Shown piece after piece: positions 23,574 through 32,597 of a stretch of DNA of 64,000 bases. The notes beneath the pieces were generated by a model. The model made no database searches. It was not told where the DNA came from and was given only the letters and a program-made list of their open reading frames with translations. Source of the DNA: Bacillota bacterium (GTDB lineage: Bacteria > Bacillota > Clostridia > Saccharofermentanales > DTU023); assembly GCA_029570375.1 (NCBI GenBank), contig JAKPXB010000040.1, positions 27,464 to 91,463 of the forward strand, read 5' to 3'. Both the position numbers and the translations under genes were made by a program. The stretch's first letter is position 1, and the number at the start of each line of letters is the position of its first letter.

Positions 23574-24431
23574 TCACATCTTGATATTGAGCACTGACTT
23601 GCCGACAAAGTACGCGATAACGAAGATGATAATCGCGACTGTCGACGCCATTATGCCGGCAGGTGTTGTAAAGTTCTTGGCAAAGTCGGGACTCATCCCT
23701 TTGATGATCGCGACAATCGCGATCGGCATTATGGACATGAGGTTCTGCTCCGTTTTGTTCGCGGTCAGAAGCGTCTCAATATCCTCTTCGATTTCCATCT
23801 TGTCGCTTAGAATCGCGTGTGTATTCCGGATCACATCCTTAATATTGCCCCCCTTGCGGTAGCTGATACTGAAGACGCCGGCAAAGCTTGACACATCTCC
23901 GATATCGCTCCTGGCGCCGAAATCCTCCAGCAGTTCTTCCACGGGAATATTGTTCTGCACCCCGGACAGAATCAACTCCAGCTCGCGCAGGATATAGGCG
24001 CTGCTGTCGTACTGAACCTTAAGGTCTTCGTATACAGCGTAAAACGAATCCGTCACATTCTTTCCGGCGCTGAGCGATGTTGTCAGCCCATCCAGCATAT
24101 CCCGAAACTGCTTGCTCAGCTGGCGCTTGCGCTTGCTGATGATCGCTTTCGTCCGGGCGGGAATAAAGAGTTTGGCGGAAATCAGACCGACAATGGACGG
24201 AATCAGGATATTCAGGATATACGTAACCACCGTCGGCTGACCGAATTCGTCTTTGCCGAGTCCGCCGTAGAACAGGTAACCGACCGCGGCTCCGACGATA
24301 AAAGCGAGCAGCGCGTACCCGATCTTTTCCCACCGTTTCATGTAATAGACTCTGTAATTCATCGTCGGCATGTTCGTCGCGGACAAAAAAAACTCCGGTT
24401 CAGGCGGCGCTTTTGTTTTTTTCTTGAACAT
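23574..24431 (-). CDS. tadB: Type II secretion system F-family platform protein (TadB-like)
   Basis: 285 aa with the same T2SS-F architecture as the downstream paralogue. It lies immediately downstream of the CpaF ATPase. Confidence 0.8.
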   Translation of the reverse strand: MFKKKTKAPPEPEFFLSATNMPTMNYRVYYMKRWEKIGYALLAFIVGAAVGYLFYGGLGKDEFGQPTVVTYILNILIPSIVGLISAKLFIPARTKAIISKRKRQLSKQFRDMLDGLTTSLSAGKNVTDSFYAVYEDLKVQYDSSAYILRELELILSGVQNNIPVEELLEDFGARSDIGDVSSFAGVFSISYRKGGNIKDVIRNTHAILSDKMEIEEDIETLLTANKTEQNLMSIMPIAIVAIIKGMSPDFAKNFTTPAGIMASTVAIIIFVIAYFVGKSVLNIKM

Positions 24432-24523
24432 AGGCGGTATACCTCTTCACTCTTCCGGCCCGATCACGCCTCCCGCGGTCAGTACGGGGATCTTCACGCG
24501 GGAAATGGCCGCCCGTCAGGAGA

Positions 24524-25762
24524 TCAAATCACATGCTTGAATCCCGCGACCTGCAGCTTCTGCGTGTTTTTCATCTCATTGCCTGTGCGCGTCAGCTTCC
24601 CCGATACGCGCGACAGCGTGCTGTTCTCGTCCTCGAGAAACACATAGAGCGGGTTCAGCCGGATGCGCCCGTCTTCATACCCGAGGACTTCGGTGATTTC
24701 CATCGTGCGGCGCGATTTGTCGCGCAGGCGCGAGAGATGGATGATGATGTCCACCGCTGAGGCAATCTGCTGACGGATCGCTTCAAGCGGCAGCCCCGCC
24801 GCGCCCTGGAGAACCATCGTCTCCAACCGGCTCAGCATATCCTCCGTGCTGTTTGCGTGTCCTGTTGAGATCGAACCGTCATGGCCGGTATTCATCGCCT
24901 GCAGCATATCGAGGGCCTCGCCGCCGCGGACCTCACCGACGACAATCCGCTCCGGCCGCATGCGCAGAGAGGACTTGATGAGATCGCGGATGGTGATCTG
25001 CCCGACTCCCGCGACGTTCGCGGTACGCGTCTCCAGCCTGACGAGATTATCGATATTCTTGATTTGAAGCTCCGCCGAGTCCTCGATCGTGATGACGCGC
25101 TCGTCTCTCGGGATATAGTTTGACAGCGCATTCAGGAAAGTCGTCTTTCCGGAGCCGGTGCCCCCGCTGATAAAGATGTTGTACTTGGCTCTGACGAGGA
25201 TCTCCAGCTGTTCCGCGATCTCTTTTGTCAGCGATCCGTATTCGATCAGCTTCTCCATCGTCATAGGCGTTTTGGAAAACTTCCGGATGGTCACCGTCGG
25301 GCCGCAGAGCGCGATCGGAGGCAGAACGACATTGACGCGCGACCCGTCGGGCAGACGCGTGTCGCAGATGGGGTTCGCCTGGTTGACTTCGCGGCCGGCA
25401 AGACCGACAATGCGCTGGATGATGTCCTCCAGGCGCCGCTGGCTCTCAAATTTCTTATCGAGTTTGAACAGGCGGCCGTTCTGTTCAATGAAGATATTGT
25501 CCGTCCCGTTGATCATCACCTCTGTGATTGTGTCGTCCTTGATGATGCTGTCGAGGAGACCGAACCCCCGGATCGAACTGAATACCTGTTCCACGATCGA
25601 CACACGCTGCTCGATGGAGCAGTATTCCTGCCTGAGCCATTCGCCCGCGAGCTTCTCCACGTGCTGCATCAGCTCGTCGTCATCGAGTTCGCTCAGAGGC
25701 AGGTTCTCGCCGATATAGCGTTTGATCGCGGCGATCACCTCTTGTTCTCTTTCAAAAGTCAT
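24524..25762 (-). CDS. cpaF: CpaF/TadA-family secretion ATPase
   Basis: 412 aa. It has Walker A GGTGSGKTT, an Asp box ...RVITIEDSAEL..., Walker B/His box ...RIVVGEVRGGEA...TGHDGSISTGHAN. Confidence 0.92.
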   Translation of the reverse strand: MTFEREQEVIAAIKRYIGENLPLSELDDDELMQHVEKLAGEWLRQEYCSIEQRVSIVEQVFSSIRGFGLLDSIIKDDTITEVMINGTDNIFIEQNGRLFKLDKKFESQRRLEDIIQRIVGLAGREVNQANPICDTRLPDGSRVNVVLPPIALCGPTVTIRKFSKTPMTMEKLIEYGSLTKEIAEQLEILVRAKYNIFISGGTGSGKTTFLNALSNYIPRDERVITIEDSAELQIKNIDNLVRLETRTANVAGVGQITIRDLIKSSLRMRPERIVVGEVRGGEALDMLQAMNTGHDGSISTGHANSTEDMLSRLETMVLQGAAGLPLEAIRQQIASAVDIIIHLSRLRDKSRRTMEITEVLGYEDGRIRLNPLYVFLEDENSTLSRVSGKLTRTGNEMKNTQKLQVAGFKHVI

Positions 25763-25766
25763 AAGA

Positions 25767-26834
25767 TCACCTCAGGATCGGTTGAAAAAGATTCATCGAC
25801 ACAAGCTGTTCCACCACTTCTCTCTCCGGCGCGTGGGCGTAACGCGGCGCTCCTCCCAGAAGCTTGAGGTCAATTCCCTCGACAGCGCGGGAAACTTTGT
25901 TGCTGAACTTGTTGTAAACCAGGTACAGCTTGCTCAGAATGCGCAGATCGCGCTGTTCGTCAATCATCCGGAGCGCTTCGAAAGCGCGCACCATCTTCGT
26001 GTTCGCGACCGCCATGCCATCGCTGACAAGCACAATCGCGTACGCTTCCTGAAACGCGTGAAGCATCCGGCCGTCGAGTGCGAAATCCATGTCCAGAATG
26101 ATGTGATCGTAATGACCGCCGGCGCGCAGCTCTTTCAGCATCCTTTTCAGGTCTTCTTCCGTGAGCTCCTGAACGTCCAGCGCGATCGGCGGACTTTCAA
26201 AGAAGAACACACCGTCCGCCGATTCGCGAACAGCGCTCTCCAGTTTCATCGGCAGGTTGAGTTTTCCGCTCTTCAATACAAACAGGACATCGCTCAGCGT
26301 CTCCTGGCCGGAACCGGTAAAGAAGACATCCGACCGGCCGAAGAGTTCCAGGTTCAGATACAGAACGCGCCGTCCTGCCCGCGCGAGAGTCAGCGCGTAG
26401 GCGGCTGCCATCGTTGAGCTTCCTACGCCCCCGGCCGGCGAGGCGAACACGCTGATAAGCGCGCTCGAAGTACCGTCCGGCTTAAAGCCGGTGATGTCAC
26501 TCGATTTCTCTGCGTAAACGCTGAGAATCTGTTTGTAAATACTGTCAGCTTTCTGAAACTTCGATATGGCCGGTTGATCACGCAGCGATGCCACCAGCGG
26601 ATCGTCAACGAAATAAGCGAAACCACATCGGGCGGGGATCCTGTCGAGGTCAATCTCGAAGGATTCATCCGCCAGAAAAACATCAATCCGTGCTTCTTTC
26701 AGCTCACTGAGCGCCTTGTCCAGCTGCGTGAAAGAATAGATTTCGAGCTTGTCCCAATAGCGCGCGTTAAAAGCCGCCGCAAGCCTCTCCAGATAGCCCG
26801 GATCGCGATCTAAAATTGCCAGTTTAATCTTCAT
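25767..26834 (-). CDS. TadZ/CpaE-like protein: receiver-like N-domain plus atypical ParA/MinD-like domain
   Basis: Start set to ATG 26834 (MKIKLAILDRD...). The P-loop position reads SPAGGVGSST, with no lysines. It is the first gene of the locus, 4 nt upstream of cpaF. Confidence 0.75.
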   Translation of the reverse strand: MKIKLAILDRDPGYLERLAAAFNARYWDKLEIYSFTQLDKALSELKEARIDVFLADESFEIDLDRIPARCGFAYFVDDPLVASLRDQPAISKFQKADSIYKQILSVYAEKSSDITGFKPDGTSSALISVFASPAGGVGSSTMAAAYALTLARAGRRVLYLNLELFGRSDVFFTGSGQETLSDVLFVLKSGKLNLPMKLESAVRESADGVFFFESPPIALDVQELTEEDLKRMLKELRAGGHYDHIILDMDFALDGRMLHAFQEAYAIVLVSDGMAVANTKMVRAFEALRMIDEQRDLRILSKLYLVYNKFSNKVSRAVEGIDLKLLGGAPRYAHAPEREVVEQLVSMNLFQPILR

Positions 26835-26906
26835 AATCGTCACCCTTTGCTGCCGCCTCACCGCTCGCCGGTCCACGGCTTTTGAGCTGATCTTTATTCA
26901 TGTTTT

Positions 26907-26935
26907 ATTCTAACTTCTTTCACTTTCCAAGGCAA
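26907..26935 (-). promoter_or_regulatory. Candidate sigma-70-type promoter of the tad locus
   Basis: On the minus strand, TTGCCT, a 17-nt spacer, then TAGAAT, about 70 nt upstream of ATG 26834 and within the only AT-rich gap of the region. Confidence 0.45.
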
Positions 26936-27363
26936 CGGTTATACGTGATACTTACGCCATTCACCGGCGTCATATGCCCGGATTATGATCAACATCCGTC
27001 CCATTCACAAGAATTTATTATTATTACTGTTCTCATATTACAAATTAAAAAGGTTTTTAGATACTGCCTTTTAGGGTAGGTTTGCCCTTTTCTGCGCTGA
27101 TTCCGGCCAATATTCAATAGCCTGACAGTATAAACATGCGCTGGTTGGCGCCAGATTATATTATAATAATGAGAGCATCCGGGGAGTATGGGAATCACCG
27201 TTTAATCCGCGTGATCCTCGGCTGCCGGTTCAGGAGAAAAGAACAATGACGGGCAGGTTGTTTTCCTCGTATCCCTGTCCGGCTGTAAGCCATCAACCGT
27301 TTACTGATTCCTTCATGTCAATCAAGTCCGTTGAACCGCCGGGCAACAGAAAGGAGACCGCGT

Positions 27364-28377
27364 ATGAACAAAGGAAAAAGAACAATTCATAGAACTCTCG
27401 CCCTCGCGCTTGTCGCCATACTCTCGTTTGTTGTCATGCTGCTCGCGGCGGCACAGACTGTTTCCGCATGGTATCTCGTGATGCTCGACTCACCGAAGAC
27501 TTTTGCGATCGGGATTGATTCGCAGAAGTATCTAAAAAGCATAAACGTAGCGGAACCTCCTTTAGAAGTCATCGAAAGCATAAACGTAAAACTCTACTGG
27601 TCCCACGACCCCAAAGCTCCCAGAAACGAAATGAAATCGGGCGCTATCCAGAACAAATTCTATACACTGACGGTGGAGATCATCCTAAAAGAAGGGGAAG
27701 AATATCTTGCTGAAGGTGGAATACCCAGTATTGAATACTATTTAGAACCTTTTGAGCATGTGGATGCTGATTCCAGCAGCAATCGACAGGTCATATACAC
27801 TTTCACCGCGGATTTTACATACTACCGCATAGTCCGGTTCGATGTGAATGGAGGCACGCCCAAAATCCCGATGAAAGTGGTTGAGGACAATAAAACGATA
27901 ACACCGCCGAAAGAACCGGCCAGAACCGGTTATAAGTTCAACGGATGGTGGACGAGCGCCGAAGGCGGCGAATTGTTTGATTTCAAACAGCCTATCGCAA
28001 AGGATATCAAGCTGTTCGCGCACTGGGAACCGCTGATACCTCCCACAACAACGACGACAACAACCACGACAACGACAACTACAACGACAACAACTACCAC
28101 GACAACGACGACAGAAGAGATGACAACCTTCGAAGAGACAACGCCTTCGACGACAGCGGAGGAGATGATCACTACGGTTGAAGAGGTGGCAACGGAGCCT
28201 TTGGAGTCCGACCCCGCGAACGCCTCGATGACCACGGCGCTGTCCGGTGAAGGAACAGGCGAAGAGAAAAAACCCTCTTTACTCCTGATAGCCGCCGTGA
28301 TCGCGGCCGCCATCCTCATCGGCTCCGCGATCGGCTATGCCATCTACGCAATCGGGAAGAAAAACAGACGCGTGTAG
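27364..28377 (+). CDS. Surface-anchored protein with a Listeria-Bacteroides (Flg_new) repeat, a poly-Thr stalk and a C-terminal TM anchor
   Basis: Start set to ATG 27364 (aaaggag RBS). It has a signal/anchor LALALVAILSFVVMLLAAAQTVSA. YRIVRFDVNGGTPK...GYKFNGWWTSAEGGELFDF... fits the Flg_new repeat. A 23-Thr run, then the C-terminal LLLIAAVIAAAILIGSAIGYAIYAI-GKKNRRV. Confidence 0.8.
   Translation: MNKGKRTIHRTLALALVAILSFVVMLLAAAQTVSAWYLVMLDSPKTFAIGIDSQKYLKSINVAEPPLEVIESINVKLYWSHDPKAPRNEMKSGAIQNKFYTLTVEIILKEGEEYLAEGGIPSIEYYLEPFEHVDADSSSNRQVIYTFTADFTYYRIVRFDVNGGTPKIPMKVVEDNKTITPPKEPARTGYKFNGWWTSAEGGELFDFKQPIAKDIKLFAHWEPLIPPTTTTTTTTTTTTTTTTTTTTTTTEEMTTFEETTPSTTAEEMITTVEEVATEPLESDPANASMTTALSGEGTGEEKKPSLLLIAAVIAAAILIGSAIGYAIYAIGKKNRRV
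28045..28113 (+). repeat. Coding ACN-codon run (23 consecutive Thr codons)
   Basis: Mixed aca/acg/acc/act codons, in frame with the CDS 27364-28377. Confidence 0.95.
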
Positions 28378-28461
28378 CTGTGCGAAAGGGCGCGCGTCAA
28401 AAGTGGTGGTTCTTAGGCCGGCTGTTGTAAACCGGCATAAGTACCGTCCCTTCATCACCCG

Positions 28462-30150
28462 TCATTCTTTAAAGAACAGCGAGAACAGACCGCTCCGTCC
28501 GGTAACTCCAAGCTTTCTGTACGCGTTGCCGGCATGGAATTTAACGGTTTCCACCGATATATTCATTTCGCTCGCGCATTGCTTATACAGAAAGCCCTGC
28601 AGAATGTAGTAAATCACCTGTGTTTCTCGTTTTGTCAGGCCTTTCTCCGCGATGAGCATCTGATATTGCTCCTGCAAAACTTCCCGAAAAACAGCCGGCT
28701 GCCCCGCCCTCGGGGCGCTATCCCCACGGTCCGTTCCGGCATTATTTTCCGCATGCCCGCTATCCGCCGGACTTTCCGCCGGATCACAATCGGCAGTACT
28801 TTCCGCCGGGCTGCCATACGCCGGCCATACGCCGGAGGCGGCAGCCGAACCGGGATGCCAGACCCCGCCCTCTCCAACCGGAACGGCCTGCTCCGGGGGC
28901 TCCCCGGACAACTGCGCGCCGAGAGGCAGCGCTGCTTCGGTCGGTCCGGCTGTATCTCCGGCAGAGATGGAACTCCAACTCCACGGGCCTTTCTTCGGCA
29001 TCAACAGGCGCGCGTAATGCGGCGCCATCATTAAAAAGATCAGGAAGAGCAGCAGCGAGACCCCTGTCGACAGATAGAACCGCGCGTCAGGGTAATAAGA
29101 GGTAAGAAAACCCGGAATCATATAGATAAGGAAAGAGGCATTCAGCGCGATGATCAGAACGCGTTTGAAGAATTTGAAATCAGCCTGCCGGCTCATAATT
29201 TCCCCGAGCAGAGCGTAAGACGCAATAAATCCGATCGACTCAAACGCGTGGAAAAACCACGACATCACCTGCACGGCCGCCGGGGTATCCGGCAGCGCAA
29301 ACACATTGGCCAGCAGCATGAACAGAAAAAACAAATAACACATATGCCAGATACTGTATTTCGACCGAAAATACAGAAAGAGGCTCAGGATAAGCACAAG
29401 CATGCCGATGGCGCCGTTAAACCGCATCGCGGAAGGACTGGCGGCTTCCCTCGTGTAAGTGTAGAAAATTTCAATCGTCTTGTGCGCGAAAAAGAAATAC
29501 AGCAGAAGACCGACCTGCATGCGCCTGTCGGAGCTCGGCGAACCGGAAACAATCTTCACGCGCGCATCCTCCGATCGATAGAAAAAAGTACAAATCAAAG
29601 TCACAAAAACAAGGATGAGCATGTATAGATAACTAAACGATTGCAGGATACCGCGGACGCTGTACAGAAACTGAAATAAAACCGCCAGCAGAATCGTTAT
29701 CGACGCGCCTAGAAATCGCTCTGACCGATTCAGCGCGTAGATGAAGAAGTAAGTGGCGATGGCGGCGCACCCGCCAAAAAAGAACGCAAACGCGAAAGCG
29801 AAATAATAAGACGCGTGCGGATCTTTCCACCCCAGCCACAGAAAGAAAAGAATAAAGGCCGCCACTGCGTAACCCCGGGCGTACAGAGGCATTCTCCTGC
29901 GGCTCGTAAACGCAAAAAGCATACCCGCTCCTATGCAGTAGCACGCCCCCATCCAGGACATGGCGTCAAGCCTCAGCAGCCGGTAAGAGGAACCGAGAAC
30001 CCTATCCTGCACATTGATAAACAGAGGTGCGAGTGAGAAAATCAGCATGTAAGGAAGATGTCTGGCGCGGACATCTGATAAAGACTGCTTAAATTCAGTA
30101 TACAGCAGTCTTATCAGGGAGTTGATCCAGTTTAAGATGGTGAACCGCAT
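28462..30150 (-). CDS. Polytopic-membrane LuxR-family transcriptional regulator (about 10 or more TM helices, Pro-rich linker, C-terminal HTH)
   Basis: Start re-set to ATG 30150, because the ORF-track extension overlaps the upstream amidotransferase gene. The C-terminus TKRETQVIYYILQGFLYKQCASEMNISVETVKFHAGNAYRKLGV is a LuxR/GerE-type HTH. The N-terminal ~400 aa is very hydrophobic. Confidence 0.8.
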   Translation of the reverse strand: MRFTILNWINSLIRLLYTEFKQSLSDVRARHLPYMLIFSLAPLFINVQDRVLGSSYRLLRLDAMSWMGACYCIGAGMLFAFTSRRRMPLYARGYAVAAFILFFLWLGWKDPHASYYFAFAFAFFFGGCAAIATYFFIYALNRSERFLGASITILLAVLFQFLYSVRGILQSFSYLYMLILVFVTLICTFFYRSEDARVKIVSGSPSSDRRMQVGLLLYFFFAHKTIEIFYTYTREAASPSAMRFNGAIGMLVLILSLFLYFRSKYSIWHMCYLFFLFMLLANVFALPDTPAAVQVMSWFFHAFESIGFIASYALLGEIMSRQADFKFFKRVLIIALNASFLIYMIPGFLTSYYPDARFYLSTGVSLLLFLIFLMMAPHYARLLMPKKGPWSWSSISAGDTAGPTEAALPLGAQLSGEPPEQAVPVGEGGVWHPGSAAASGVWPAYGSPAESTADCDPAESPADSGHAENNAGTDRGDSAPRAGQPAVFREVLQEQYQMLIAEKGLTKRETQVIYYILQGFLYKQCASEMNISVETVKFHAGNAYRKLGVTGRSGLFSLFFKE

Positions 30151-30229
30151 CAGCGCCGCCACCTCCCTCCTTAAATACGGTCGATGTGATCCGGTATATA
30201 TTCTGTCAGATCTGCCCGCATTGAGAAGT

Positions 30230-30955
30230 TCAGCGATTGCAGAGACCGACAAATGTCTTGAACAGCTTCGCCATACCGGGAACCGTCGCGGCGAGCTCTT
30301 CGGGATGCCATTGAACGCCGATAATCGGCGGCATATCACAGCCGTCTGCCTCGACGGCTTCGATAACACCATCGCGGCTTCGCGCCGTCACCCGAAGACT
30401 GCCGGCCAGCTTTTTGATCGCCTGATGATGCCAGGAATTCACGAGCGCCTTGTCACCAAGTACTTCGTAGAGATAGGTGTCAGGGACAATATCAATATGG
30501 TGCGTCACCGCCTGGCGGCTGGCTTTTTGCAGATGCTGAATCGTAAATTCAGGCAGATCGCCTATGTCCTGGTAGAGTGTCCCCCCCAGCGCGACATTGA
30601 TCAGCTGAAGACCGCGGCAGACACCGAAAACGGGGTACGAACGCTCGAGCGCCATCCGGAATAGCAGCAGTTCAAACGCGTCGCGCTGTGGCGACTGTTT
30701 CCCCAGCCCTTTTACAGGCTCCTCTCCGAAAAGCAGCGGTGAAATGTCATCGCCCCCTGTCAGAATCACGCCTCCGCAGATATCCAGAATGGAGCTGATC
30801 ACCTCGCGGCCATCCGTCACGGGTATGATCAGGGGAACGGCGCCCGCTCTGTGTACCGCACTGACATACGCGTCATTGACGTAATGCCGGTTTGAACCCT
30901 CCCAATGCTTGTCCTGATCGGCGATGAGAGCGCCGGACAACCCTACTCGAAACAT
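30230..30955 (-). CDS. Class-I glutamine amidotransferase-like hydrolase (peptidase C26 / PuuD-like gamma-glutamyl hydrolase family)
   Basis: Start set to ATG 30955 (gaggaggg RBS). It has the nucleophile elbow FGVCRGLQ and a C-terminal ...GVQWHPE motif. Confidence 0.8.
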   Translation of the reverse strand: MFRVGLSGALIADQDKHWEGSNRHYVNDAYVSAVHRAGAVPLIIPVTDGREVISSILDICGGVILTGGDDISPLLFGEEPVKGLGKQSPQRDAFELLLFRMALERSYPVFGVCRGLQLINVALGGTLYQDIGDLPEFTIQHLQKASRQAVTHHIDIVPDTYLYEVLGDKALVNSWHHQAIKKLAGSLRVTARSRDGVIEAVEADGCDMPPIIGVQWHPEELAATVPGMAKLFKTFVGLCNR

Positions 30956-31248
30956 ACAGCCCTCCTCGAACATCCCTCATCCCCTCACCAACAGACAAGT
31001 GCGTACCAAACAGCGCCATCCTGATGAGGTAAATTATTTCTGATGATTGGTGATCCTTCCGGATAACCCCATTATATACAAATATGGCGCTTTCTGAATC
31101 ATCCGCTCCCGCGAAAGGTGACTTCTTCCGATAATCATTTCCTGTACCGATCTTCCTGATCCGGACGGGATCAGGCGGCCTGGCGGCTGATAAGCTGACG
31201 GCATCATCCTTCGTAGCCCCGGAACCAGGCGATCATTCGGAAACAGAA

Positions 31249-31287
31249 AGAGGATGTCGCTCCCCTGACCGGGGACAGACATCCTCT
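31249..31287 (-). terminator. Rho-independent terminator of the xdhC / ABC-importer operon
   Basis: Arms agaggatgtc (31249-31258) / gacatcctct (31278-31287) with further inner pairing. On the minus strand a T-rich tttctgtttcc follows. It lies 27 nt after the binding-protein stop. Confidence 0.65.
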
Positions 31288-31313
31288 CTATTCAGCGCGG
31301 TTGGTTTATGCTC

Positions 31314-32486
31314 TTACTTGAAAGTTCCTGCGAGAATTTCAGCGAGGGCCGCGTCGTCTACCTCGATGTGGTAGAACAATTTAAAGAAATCTTTGACCTG
31401 TTTTTCCGGAGAGTCTTTATAAATCTCAGGATAGAAGGTCGCTCCCAGCCAGCGCACACCGAGATACCGGTTAATCGACGGCGGACTTCCCATAAAGCCA
31501 TAGGGTGCGGACGGAATAATAATTATCCTGTTTTCTTTCATAGCGGGGAGCGCGCTCCAGGCCGGATCTTTTTTCATTTCCTCCGCCAGGGCGACACTTC
31601 CGATGAGGATATAATCGGGATCCCACTGAACAATCTGCTCCATAGAGACTTCCGTACCGCCGCCTTTTGACGAAGCCTCTACATCCGCGACATTGACAAC
31701 GGGAATATAGTCGAGCAGTTCACTGTGGAATGACCCGACAGCATTTGTGTTCAACCCAAGCTCACCCATAGCCCAGTACACTTTGACGATTTTGTCTTTG
31801 GGGATTTCCGCTTTTGCCTTATCACAAAGCGCGAGCGTTTCTTCACAGTATTTAGCAAGCGGTTCGGTTCTCTCGCTGTCGCCGATCATTTCCCCCAGAT
31901 CGCGATATGTTTTTGGCATACCGGCAAAAGTCGCTTCGATAAAGATAGTTGGCGTATTGATCTGCTGCTGCATGCCATCCATATCTTCCTTGATTGTCTT
32001 CTTCGCTTCCCCGATATCGACAATCGCTTCTGTGTTGGCCGCGAGGACGGCCTCCAGATTAAAGTCGCTATTTTTGCCGTAAAACTGACCAAAGGTAGGC
32101 AGATCCTTGATCTTGTCACCCAGCAGTTTGATCTGCTCTTCGCTCATCTTGCTCGCCATCCCGCACAACAGTTCAGGAGCCGCCGTATAGAGAACAATCT
32201 GTGCCAGTGGACCGGACGGCGCGATTCTCATCAATTTCTCCGGAATCAGGACTTCCCTTCCAACGGAGTCTTTGAACACCCGGCCTGCCGGTTCAACGGG
32301 CATAGTCGAAGTTGCGTCGGGAGAAGCGGGCGCCGTCGTCATGTTGTCGGCCGGTTCCTTGCTCTCCATTACCGTTGGCGCAGACGGTTCCGCCGGCTCC
32401 TTCGGGGCACACCCCGCAAACAGCATCGACGTGATCAGAACCAGCGCCAGTAGGAACGACACTTGCTTAAACATCTTCTTATTCAT
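31314..32486 (-). CDS. ABC transporter substrate-binding lipoprotein, cluster-A/BtuF-FhuD type (siderophore, haem or corrinoid class)
   Basis: 390 aa with the lipobox LFAGC and a Pro/Ala/Thr-rich tether. The body resembles periplasmic-binding-protein family 2. RBS is aaggagga. Confidence 0.8.
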   Translation of the reverse strand: MNKKMFKQVSFLLALVLITSMLFAGCAPKEPAEPSAPTVMESKEPADNMTTAPASPDATSTMPVEPAGRVFKDSVGREVLIPEKLMRIAPSGPLAQIVLYTAAPELLCGMASKMSEEQIKLLGDKIKDLPTFGQFYGKNSDFNLEAVLAANTEAIVDIGEAKKTIKEDMDGMQQQINTPTIFIEATFAGMPKTYRDLGEMIGDSERTEPLAKYCEETLALCDKAKAEIPKDKIVKVYWAMGELGLNTNAVGSFHSELLDYIPVVNVADVEASSKGGGTEVSMEQIVQWDPDYILIGSVALAEEMKKDPAWSALPAMKENRIIIIPSAPYGFMGSPPSINRYLGVRWLGATFYPEIYKDSPEKQVKDFFKLFYHIEVDDAALAEILAGTFK

Positions 32487-32597
32487 TCCTTTTCCTCCTT
32501 GTCATTTTGTATCAAATATGGCCATGGGATTTCCGGCTATATTCGCTTTCTCCGAACCCATACGGAGATAAACTGTTCATTGTGCCCTCTGTACTGT

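Noticed and set aside
28045-28113. Repetitive ACN tract as a non-coding microsatellite or CRISPR-like repeat
   Set aside because: It is in frame within a well-supported CDS and encodes poly-Thr. There is no spacer structure.
31034-31282. 82-aa ORF between the amidotransferase gene and the binding-protein gene
   Set aside because: It spans the operon terminator hairpin, has no RBS, and has an odd composition.
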